Below are positions 22,896 through 30,849 of a stretch of DNA of 63,950 nt, in pieces. The notes below the pieces were generated by a model that worked only from the letters and a program-made list of their open reading frames with translations, was not told where the DNA came from and did not search any database. The position numbers were made by a program, and so were the translations under genes. Positions within the stretch are counted from its first letter, which is position 1. Each line of letters begins with the position of its first letter. The DNA is taken from contig JBBDXN010000158.1 of assembly GCA_040902305.1 (NCBI GenBank), positions 1 through 63,950 on the forward strand, written 5' to 3'. The stretch comes from Candidatus Rokuibacteriota bacterium (GTDB taxonomy: Bacteria > Methylomirabilota > Methylomirabilia > Rokubacteriales > CSP1-6).

Positions 22896-23258
22896 GTGGG
22901 CAAGGTCATGGTTGTCGATGACGCCGTGTCAGAACTGAAGATGATCGAAGGCATTCTCAAGTCCGCGGGACACGAGGTCGTCTCCTACGAGCACGGCGAA
23001 CTCCTGGAGGATCGCGTCGTCGAGGAGCGGCCGGACGTCCTGTTGCTGGACATCGTGATGCCCAAGCGCAACGGCTACGAAGTGCTGCGGGGGCTCCGGC
23101 GGGACCCCCGCACCAAGGACACCCCGGTGGTGTTCGTGAGCTCCAAGAACCAGGAGAGCGATCGGCTGTGGGGACAGCGGCAGGGGGCGGCCGACTACCT
23201 GGCCAAGCCGTTCACCGCGGAGCAGCTCCTCGGCGTCGTACGTCAGTTCGTGAAATAG
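22896..23258 (+). CDS. Single-domain response regulator (CheY/PilH-like)
   Basis: VVDD, LLLDIVMP, SSK, KPF; GAGGAGG ribosome-binding site before GTG 22896. Confidence 0.88.
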   Translation: MGKVMVVDDAVSELKMIEGILKSAGHEVVSYEHGELLEDRVVEERPDVLLLDIVMPKRNGYEVLRGLRRDPRTKDTPVVFVSSKNQESDRLWGQRQGAADYLAKPFTAEQLLGVVRQFVK

Positions 23259-23263
23259 GGCCG

Positions 23264-23791
23264 ATGACCCAGACCCCCGGCGTCGGTTCTCCGGCCCTCC
23301 CCGAGGCCCTGGACGCCCCTCCGGCGCTGCGGGCCTGCCTGTTCGCCCTGGCCGGCGTCCGCTTCGCGGTGGACGTCCGGAGCGCGCGCGAGGTGGTGCT
23401 CTTCGACGAGATCACCACCGTCCCCCTGGCCCCTCGGCATCTCGTGGGCGTGGCCAATCTCCGGGGCACCGTGATGCCGATCGTCGATATCCGGGCCCTT
23501 CTCGACCTGCCGGTTGAGCAGCTCGGTCCCAGCGTACGCACCCTCGTTCTGCGCGCAGGCCCGTTGCAGGCGGCGGTGGTCGTGGACGCGGTGCTCGGGC
23601 TCGAGCCCTTCGAGGAGATCTCGCCGCCGGTGCCCGGCGACCCAGGGCCCTCGGCCCCCGGCCGGCGGCGCTTCGGGGCTGGCTACGTGAGGTGGGGCGC
23701 CGAGAGCGTGCTCCTCCTCGATGCTCCGAAGATCCTGGAGGCGCTGAGGCCCCACCAGCTCCGACCGGGGAGCGGAACCGCGGAGGAATAG
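23264..23791 (+). CDS. cheW: CheW-family coupling protein
   Basis: TTVPLAPRHLVGVANLRGTVMPIVD, LLLDAPKIL. Confidence 0.88.
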   Translation: MTQTPGVGSPALPEALDAPPALRACLFALAGVRFAVDVRSAREVVLFDEITTVPLAPRHLVGVANLRGTVMPIVDIRALLDLPVEQLGPSVRTLVLRAGPLQAAVVVDAVLGLEPFEEISPPVPGDPGPSAPGRRRFGAGYVRWGAESVLLLDAPKILEALRPHQLRPGSGTAEE

Positions 23792-23793
23792 AG

Positions 23794-26142
23794 ATGTCTC
23801 AAGCCAAAGGGTCCAGCCTCGGCATTCGAGGGAAGCTCACCCTGCAGACGCTTGTGGTGGGTATCGTGCCGCTCCTCCTCCTCGGGGGCGGCCTGTACGT
23901 CACTCTGGGCCAGTCGGCCGACATCTTCGGCCGGAGTCTGGAAGAAACGGTCGAGGCGACCGTGGAGAACGCGGCCCGGGATCTCGCGGCGCAGATCGAT
24001 ACGTACATGGAAGAGCGGATCAAGGACGCGCTGACCTGGGCATCGGACCCGCTGGTGGTCGACGTCGCCGTTCGCGCCGACGTGGTGGCGAGAAGCGAGA
24101 AGAGATGGCCAACGTATCCGAGCATCACCCAGCAGCCAGACACGATCAAGCGGATCGAGGCCGAGATGGCGGCCACCCGGGCGCTGGATCCGCTCCCGCA
24201 AGCCACCCGATACCTGAAGGACCAGAAGGCGCAGTCCAAGCTCTTCAAGGAAATCTTCGTCACCGATCGAAACGGATACAACGCGGCGATCAGCAACCTG
24301 ACGTCCGACTTCGTGCAGAGCGACGAGGAGTGGTGGACCGGCGCGTACGCGAAAGGGGTCTACATCTCCAAGGTGAAGTTCGACGAGTCGGCCGGGGTGT
24401 GGGCCACCGAGATCAACGTCCGTATTCACGATCCGCGCACCAAGGAGATCGTCGGAGTCATGAAGGCGGTGCTCGACGTGTCCGCGATCCAGGTCCTGGC
24501 CTCTCGCGTCATGGGGAAGATCCCCGGGGCTGACGTGAAGGTCGTGGTCCGGCGCGACGGCAACCTCCTCGCCGACACCGCCGTCAAGCACGATCGGAAG
24601 TTCATCATGTCGACGGAGGGGAACCTGCTGAAGCGGAACTACCGGCCGGCTGAGCTCCTGGCGCAGGGCTCGCAGCCGGCCGGGCACCTGCTCGGGACGA
24701 ACGAGTCTTACGGGACGGGCCCCGCGGTGGAGCAGGTGGTCGGCTATGCCCTGACGGGCGGGAAGGGAGCGTTCGAGGAGCTTCCGGATTTCGAGGGTCT
24801 CGGGTGGGGCGTCATCGTCGGCCAGAGCAAGCAGGTCGCCTTCGCCACCCTCCACCAGCTCCGCGCGCAGCAGCGCTGGCTGACCTGGCTCGTCCTGGGC
24901 GTTCTCCTGGTCGCCGCCCTCGGCACCGTGACGCTGGGCTCGGTGCTGGGCCGGCGGATCACCGAGCCGATCCGGGAGGTCAGCGAGGCGGCCCGGAGGC
25001 TGAGCGCCGGCGATCTGACCGTCCAGATACCCGTGCGCTCGAGCGACGAGATCGGTCGCCTGGCCAGCACCTTCAATGATTCGGTGGTGCGCCTGCGCTC
25101 CCTGGTCCAGACCGAGACCGACCGCGACGAGGAGCGGCGCAAGCGCGAGGAGCTGCAGCAAAACGTCATCAAGTTTCTCGACACGGTGGTGGAGATCGGC
25201 AAGGGCGACCTCACCCGGCGCGGTGAGGTGACGTGGGACGTGCTCGGCAACGTGGTGGACGCCATCAACCTGATGGTGGAGGAGATCGCGTCGATCGTCG
25301 GTGACGTGCGGCAGGCGGCCTTGCGGGTGGCGTCGGGCTCTCAGGACACGATCCGGATCACCGGCGAGCTCGCGGAAGCGGCGCAGGCTCAGTCCCGGGA
25401 CGCGGTGAGCGTCACGCGCTCGGTGGCGGACGTGACGGTGTCGGTGCGCCAGGTCGCGGACAGCGCCGACCAGAGCGCGAAGGCGGCCCGTCAGGTGCTC
25501 CAGGCGGCGAGCAAGGGCGAGGAGGCCGTGCGCAACAGCCTGGCGAGCATGCAGCAGATCCGGGCCGAGGTACAGACGATCTCCAAGAAGATCAAGTCCC
25601 TCGGCGATCGCTCCCTCGAGATTTCCAACATCGTGAACACCATCCAGGACATCGCGGCCCAGACCCACCTCCTCGCGCTCAACGCGTCCATCGAAGCGGC
25701 GGGAGCGGGGGAAGCGGGGCTCCGGTTCTCCGTCGTGGCCGACGAGGTCCGGAAGCTGGCCGAGCGGGCTACTCAGGCCACCCGGGACATCGGGACGCTC
25801 ATCAAGGGCGTGCAGGTCGAGACCCAGGAGGCGGTGGTGGCGATGGAGTCCGGGACGCGCGAGGTGGAGTCCGGCTACGAGGTGAGCCAGAAGGCGGAGG
25901 AGGCCCTCCAGGAGATCGGGAAGATCTCGCAGACCTCTTCCGAGCTGGCCGCCGAGATCTCCCACGCGTCCCAGACACAGGTCCGGGGCGCCGAGGCCAC
26001 CGCGGGGGCTGTGCAGACGATCGCGAGCGCGGCGGTGAAGACGGAGCAGGGCGTGCAGCAGAGCCGGAACAACGCCGAGCAGCTGGCGCGCCTGGCGGAA
26101 GAGCTGACCGCCAAGCTGTCCCGCTTCAAGCTGGCGAGCTGA
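23794..26142 (+). CDS. Methyl-accepting chemotaxis protein (PilJ-like; extracellular Cache-type sensor, HAMP)
   Basis: Two TM helices flanking a large sensor region, HAMP DEIGRLA..FN, signalling hairpin QTHLLALNASIEAAGAGEAGLRFSVVADEVRKLAE. Confidence 0.93.
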   Translation: MSQAKGSSLGIRGKLTLQTLVVGIVPLLLLGGGLYVTLGQSADIFGRSLEETVEATVENAARDLAAQIDTYMEERIKDALTWASDPLVVDVAVRADVVARSEKRWPTYPSITQQPDTIKRIEAEMAATRALDPLPQATRYLKDQKAQSKLFKEIFVTDRNGYNAAISNLTSDFVQSDEEWWTGAYAKGVYISKVKFDESAGVWATEINVRIHDPRTKEIVGVMKAVLDVSAIQVLASRVMGKIPGADVKVVVRRDGNLLADTAVKHDRKFIMSTEGNLLKRNYRPAELLAQGSQPAGHLLGTNESYGTGPAVEQVVGYALTGGKGAFEELPDFEGLGWGVIVGQSKQVAFATLHQLRAQQRWLTWLVLGVLLVAALGTVTLGSVLGRRITEPIREVSEAARRLSAGDLTVQIPVRSSDEIGRLASTFNDSVVRLRSLVQTETDRDEERRKREELQQNVIKFLDTVVEIGKGDLTRRGEVTWDVLGNVVDAINLMVEEIASIVGDVRQAALRVASGSQDTIRITGELAEAAQAQSRDAVSVTRSVADVTVSVRQVADSADQSAKAARQVLQAASKGEEAVRNSLASMQQIRAEVQTISKKIKSLGDRSLEISNIVNTIQDIAAQTHLLALNASIEAAGAGEAGLRFSVVADEVRKLAERATQATRDIGTLIKGVQVETQEAVVAMESGTREVESGYEVSQKAEEALQEIGKISQTSSELAAEISHASQTQVRGAEATAGAVQTIASAAVKTEQGVQQSRNNAEQLARLAEELTAKLSRFKLAS

Positions 26143-26175
26143 CCGTGACGAGATCAGAGGGACCGGGCGGACCAG

Positions 26176-29103
26176 ATGGCTGATCGACGCGAGCGGGAGC
26201 TGCTGCTGGGGATCTTCCTCATGGAGGCCTGGGATACCGCCGGGGCTCTGGAGGAGGGCCTCGGCCTGCTCACGGCCGCGAACGCCCCGACGGAGCAGAC
26301 CCTGGCCCGGCTCGTCGTGTTCGCGCACCGCCTGAAGGGGTCGGCGGCGCTGCACGGGTTTCCGGGCGTGTCAGATGTGGCCGCCGCCGCCGAGCGGCTC
26401 CTCGATCGGGCTCCCGGCGCGCCTCCCGAGGAGCGGGTGCGGGCGGCCGCTTTCCTGGACGGGCTCGTCGGGCTCCTGAAGGACGTCTTCGACGGCATCA
26501 GCGCCGTCGGCGTGGAGGACGCGACCCGCATCGGGGAGTTCAGGGCTCGCTATCCCGCCTTCGTCTCCGCCACCGTCGCCTCGCCGCCGGCGCCGCGATC
26601 GGTGGCGGCCGCGCCCGAGCCGACGCCGGTCTCGCAGTTGACCTCGGACCTGCGACGCTTCTTCGCCGAGGGCGGCGAGGTCCTCGAGTACTTCCTGCCC
26701 GAAGCGACCGAGCATCTCGAAGCGATGACGGCGGCCCTCCTGGCGCTCGAGGTCGGCGCGCGAGACGAGGACACTCTCGCGACCGTTTTCCGGGCCGCGC
26801 ACACCCTGAAGGGCGCGGCGTATACGGTCGGGTGCGCGCCTCTCGGCGACGCGACCCACGAGATCGAAGATCTCCTGGGCGCGATCCGCGAGCAGCAGTT
26901 CCCGCTCACGGCGCCCGTGACGGAAGCACTCTTCGCGGGGGCGGCGGCCATCAAGCAGGTGCTCCAGACCGGGGTGACCGTCTCCGACGAGACCGCGCGG
27001 GCGCTGGAGCGGGCGACGCACGACCTTCGCGCCCTGATGATCGCCGAGCGCCCGTTGATGGAGCCCTCACGGATCGAGACTCCCGAGCCCGTGCTCGTCG
27101 AGGCTCCGGTCGCCGTCCCGCCGTCGCCCATGGAGCTTCCGGGCTTCGCCCGTCCGGAGTTCCTGGCGCGCCTCGAGGCGCTGCCGCGGCCGGCCCCCCG
27201 CTCGGCCAGCGCGCCCACGGGCCCCAGCATCCGGGTACCCGTCGAACGGCTCGACACCCTGATGAACCTGGTGGGTGAGCTGATGATCGTGCGGAGCCGT
27301 CTCGACCGGCGCCTGGCGCAGCTCGATCAGGTGAGCGAGCTGCTCCTGGCCAGCAGCACGCGCCTCGGCCAGGTCGGCCGCGACTTCGAGTTCCGGCGCC
27401 AGGCCCCCGCGCTGCCGAGCAATGGGTACCGCTTCGAGCGCGCCGACGCGGGGGAGATGCGCGACATCTCGGAGCTCTTCGCCGAGCTCGAGTTCGACCG
27501 CTACGACGACGTCAGCATCCTGGCCCGCAGCGTGACCGAGATGTCCGCCGACGTGGCGGAGGTGCGGAGTCAGCACGTGACCCTGCTGAGGAGCATCCGG
27601 GAGGACTCCGTCCAGCTCCAGCGCCTCACCACGGCCCTCCGCAAGGAGGTCGCCCGCGCGCGCATGGTGCCGATCGGACGGCTCTTCGCGCGGGTGGCCC
27701 AGCAGGTGCGGGAGGTGGCCCGCGCCACCGGTAAGGTGGTCACTCTCACGGTACGCGGCGAGGCGGCGGAGGTGGACAACGGAGTCATCGAGCAGATCGC
27801 CGACCCGCTCCTGCACCTGATCCAGAACGCGGTCGCTCACGGCATCGAGCCGGCCGCCGAGCGCGAGAGTCACGGCAAGGCCGCCCAGGGGCAGGTGACG
27901 CTATCCGCCTCCCAGGAAGGCGGCTTCATCCTGGTCGGGGTGGAGGACGACGGGCGCGGCATCGACATCGAGCTGCTGCGCCGGCACGCGGCGGAGCGAG
28001 GGCTCCTGCCCGCCGCCGAGGCGGCCACGCTGCCCGACCGCGACGCGTTGAACCTCATCTTCGTGCCGGGCTTCAGCACCGCGACCACGGTGACCCAGAC
28101 CTCCGGACGCGGCGTAGGCCTCGACGTGGTCCGCACCAACGTCAGCCGTCTCAACGGCGAGATCCACGTCGAGACCGAGCACGGCCGCTTGACCCGCTTC
28201 GTGCTCAAGCTGCCGCTCACCGTGGCCATCGCCGACGCGCTCATGGTCCGGTGCGGACCGGAGACCCTGGCCTTCCCGCTCACCGCGGTGAGCGTGATGC
28301 GGTCCGTCGCGCCCCACGAGATCCTCGCCGCGGGCGGGCGGGAGACGATGCGGTTGGACGATCGGGTCATCGACCTCCTTCGCCTCGACCAGGTGCTGGG
28401 CCTCGCGGCGTCCCCCCCGCCCACCCGGCTGCCGGTGGTCGTCATGCGCGGCGGCGGCCGGCCCTTCGGGGTGGTGGTGGACGACCTCCTTGGCAAGGAA
28501 GAGATCGTCATCAAGAGCCTGGGCGCGCTCCTCGAGGGCGCCGGCCCGTTCTCGGGAGCCACGATCTCGGGTGAAGGGCGCGTCATCCTGTTGCTCGACC
28601 CGACTCACCTGCGCGAGGCCGCATCGCGGAAGCCGTCCTTCGCCGCGCGAACGCCGCGCGCGGATGCGGCTCGCGCGGGCGATCCGATCGAGGGCCGCCC
28701 GCGCGTCATGCTGGTGGACGATTCCGTGAGCATCCGGAAGTTCGTGGGTCAGATGCTCGAGAAGGCCGGCTTCCACGTCATCACCGCGGTGGACGGTCAG
28801 GATGCCCTGCAGCAGCTCATGGACGTCTCGGTCGACGTCGTCGTCACCGATCTCGAGATGCCGCGGCTCAACGGCTATGCCCTGATCGAGGACCTGCGGC
28901 GGCGGTCGTCTACCCGTGAGGTTCCGGTGGTCGTGATGACGACGCGGGCGGGCGACAAGCACGTGAGCCTGGCCCGGCGCCTGGGCGTTCACCACTACGT
29001 CACCAAGCCGGTGGACGAGCAGAGCTTCGTGCGGATCGTCGAATCGATCGCGGTGGGCGAGCGGACGTTCGGTTCCGCGCTCGCCGGGAGCGGTGGGGAA
29101 TAG
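26176..29103 (+). CDS. cheA: Hybrid CheA/ChpA-like kinase (two Hpt, dimerisation, HATPase, CheW and REC domains)
   Basis: AHRLKG and AHTLKG Hpt motifs, HLIQNAVAHGIE, DDGRGID, GFST, SGRGVGLDVV, C-terminal TDLEMP...KP. Confidence 0.92.
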   Translation: MADRRERELLLGIFLMEAWDTAGALEEGLGLLTAANAPTEQTLARLVVFAHRLKGSAALHGFPGVSDVAAAAERLLDRAPGAPPEERVRAAAFLDGLVGLLKDVFDGISAVGVEDATRIGEFRARYPAFVSATVASPPAPRSVAAAPEPTPVSQLTSDLRRFFAEGGEVLEYFLPEATEHLEAMTAALLALEVGARDEDTLATVFRAAHTLKGAAYTVGCAPLGDATHEIEDLLGAIREQQFPLTAPVTEALFAGAAAIKQVLQTGVTVSDETARALERATHDLRALMIAERPLMEPSRIETPEPVLVEAPVAVPPSPMELPGFARPEFLARLEALPRPAPRSASAPTGPSIRVPVERLDTLMNLVGELMIVRSRLDRRLAQLDQVSELLLASSTRLGQVGRDFEFRRQAPALPSNGYRFERADAGEMRDISELFAELEFDRYDDVSILARSVTEMSADVAEVRSQHVTLLRSIREDSVQLQRLTTALRKEVARARMVPIGRLFARVAQQVREVARATGKVVTLTVRGEAAEVDNGVIEQIADPLLHLIQNAVAHGIEPAAERESHGKAAQGQVTLSASQEGGFILVGVEDDGRGIDIELLRRHAAERGLLPAAEAATLPDRDALNLIFVPGFSTATTVTQTSGRGVGLDVVRTNVSRLNGEIHVETEHGRLTRFVLKLPLTVAIADALMVRCGPETLAFPLTAVSVMRSVAPHEILAAGGRETMRLDDRVIDLLRLDQVLGLAASPPPTRLPVVVMRGGGRPFGVVVDDLLGKEEIVIKSLGALLEGAGPFSGATISGEGRVILLLDPTHLREAASRKPSFAARTPRADAARAGDPIEGRPRVMLVDDSVSIRKFVGQMLEKAGFHVITAVDGQDALQQLMDVSVDVVVTDLEMPRLNGYALIEDLRRRSSTREVPVVVMTTRAGDKHVSLARRLGVHHYVTKPVDEQSFVRIVESIAVGERTFGSALAGSGGE

Positions 29104-29106
29104 GCG

Positions 29107-30003
29107 ATGGGCGACGCCAAGGTTCTCGTCGTCGACGCCAACCAGGACAGCCGGGCCGCGCTCGCCCACGCGCTGACGGAAGCCGGCTACGAGGCGGCGG
29201 TCGCGACCAGCGGCTCGTTCGCGCTCACCATGCTCGAGTGGGAGCAGCCCGATCTGATCGTGAGCTACGCCAAGGTGCAGGACATGGACGGCTACGAGTT
29301 GTTCACCATGGTGCGGCGTGATCCGGCCACCAAGGACACGCCGTTCCTGCTCCTCGCCGGGCGTGATCGGCCCATCGCGCTGGCCGGCACCGAAGCGGGC
29401 GTGGACATGACCGTCACCGGAGACTTCACCCTGGCCACCGTGATGTCGCGCATAAAGGAGCTCCTGGGTGACGCGCCGCCCGCCCCACCCGCACGGCACT
29501 CGGAGCTTCCCGCGGCGACTCCCGCCAAGAGCCCGGCGAAGATGCCGGCGCGGACGCCGGTCGCCGCCGCGGCGGTGCCGCCGCCCAAGACTGGCGGAGA
29601 GCCGTCGCGCAGTAGCTTCCAGGGCTCGCTCGGTGTGATGGATCTGACCGAGCTCACCCAGGTGATCTCGCTCGGGGTCAAGACCGGCGAGCTCCTGCTC
29701 TCGCTCTCGGGAGGCGAGGGCAGCATCCTCTTCGAGGCCGGTCGGGTCGTCCACGCCGAGTTCTCGGGGAAGACCGGAGAGCCCGCGTTTGCCGCAATGG
29801 TCGTCGCCTCTCAGCGGGAGGGCGAGGCCCGTTTCTGCTTCAACCGGGCCGAGCGGGAAGCCCTCGCAGGACGGCCGCGCACCATCTCGCGCACCGTGGA
29901 GCAGCTCCTCCTGAGCGTGGCGCAGGAGATCGACGAAGCAACCCCAGGCGCCGACGTGCGCCGGGAGGCCGCCGCCTCCCGCGGCACGCGGCGGGACGGA
30001 TAG
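29107..30003 (+). CDS. Pseudo-receiver plus DUF4388 (PATAN-like) domain protein
   Basis: REC fold lacking the phospho-Asp; Pro/Ala linker; FQGSL..DL.ELTQ..KTGEL..F.AGRVVHA..GE.A pattern. Confidence 0.75.
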   Translation: MGDAKVLVVDANQDSRAALAHALTEAGYEAAVATSGSFALTMLEWEQPDLIVSYAKVQDMDGYELFTMVRRDPATKDTPFLLLAGRDRPIALAGTEAGVDMTVTGDFTLATVMSRIKELLGDAPPAPPARHSELPAATPAKSPAKMPARTPVAAAAVPPPKTGGEPSRSSFQGSLGVMDLTELTQVISLGVKTGELLLSLSGGEGSILFEAGRVVHAEFSGKTGEPAFAAMVVASQREGEARFCFNRAEREALAGRPRTISRTVEQLLLSVAQEIDEATPGADVRREAAASRGTRRDG

Positions 30004-30006
30004 GTC

Positions 30007-30849
30007 ATGCCCAAGGTGCTGGTGGTAGACGACAGTTTGAGCGTCCGCAAGGTCGTGCAGCGGGCGCTGGAGTCCAAGCGCATCGAGGTGCTGTCGGCCG
30101 CCTCGGGAAGCGAGGCGATGGAGCAGATCGGCCGCGAGGCGCCGGACCTCATCGTCTGTGACGTGATCATGCCCGACATGGACGGCTACCAGATCTGCGA
30201 CTTCGTCAAGAAACACCCGACGCTCGGGCACACCCCGGTGCTGCTGATCTCGGGCATCGTCAACAGCACCGTGCTCGAGCGCGCCGCCAAGGTCCGGTCG
30301 GACGACGTCATGCGCAAGCCCTTTGCGGCCGACGAACTGTTGCACCGCATCGAGAGCTTCCTTCCCGTTCAGGGCCGACCCGCGGCCGCCGTCACCCCGG
30401 CCCCCGCGCCAACCCCGCTCGCCCCGCCGCTCGCCCTGGCCACGCCGGCCACCACCGGGCCGCCGACCGTGACGGTGACGCCGGTGGTCGGGCCGGTCGC
30501 CGATCTCAAGGCCCTGCTCACCGGCGTGGCCGAGCTGGCGGGCGTGTCCCTGACCGCATTGATCGACCGCGAGGGTGCCTTGTTGGAGGTTGCCGGAGGA
30601 CTCCTGCCCGACGCGGAGCTCGCGGGCGCGCTGGCCGCCTGTCTCGTCGAATCGACGGACGGGGTGGGGCGGGCGCTGACCCAGGGGCGCCTCCAGAGCC
30701 TGATTCTCGAATACGACGCGGGGGTCGTCCTGCTGAACGCGGTGGGCGCGGACGCCATGCTCGCGGTGCTGCTCGGTGACCCGGCGGTGCTCGGGAAGGT
30801 ACGCTACCACGTGAAGAAGGCGCTTCCGGACCTGGTCCGGGCCTTGTGA
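30007..30849 (+). CDS. Receiver-roadblock/LC7 fusion protein
   Basis: Intact REC (VVDD, CDVIMP, KPF), Pro/Ala/Thr linker, C-terminal ALIDREG..LAGALAA..LG.VR roadblock pattern. Confidence 0.8.
   Translation: MPKVLVVDDSLSVRKVVQRALESKRIEVLSAASGSEAMEQIGREAPDLIVCDVIMPDMDGYQICDFVKKHPTLGHTPVLLISGIVNSTVLERAAKVRSDDVMRKPFAADELLHRIESFLPVQGRPAAAVTPAPAPTPLAPPLALATPATTGPPTVTVTPVVGPVADLKALLTGVAELAGVSLTALIDREGALLEVAGGLLPDAELAGALAACLVESTDGVGRALTQGRLQSLILEYDAGVVLLNAVGADAMLAVLLGDPAVLGKVRYHVKKALPDLVRAL

Noticed and set aside
22883-23020. 15-bp direct repeat GGAGGATCGCGTCGT at the ribosome-binding site (22883) and inside the response regulator (23006)
   Set aside because: Only two copies, with no mobile element between them; plausibly chance
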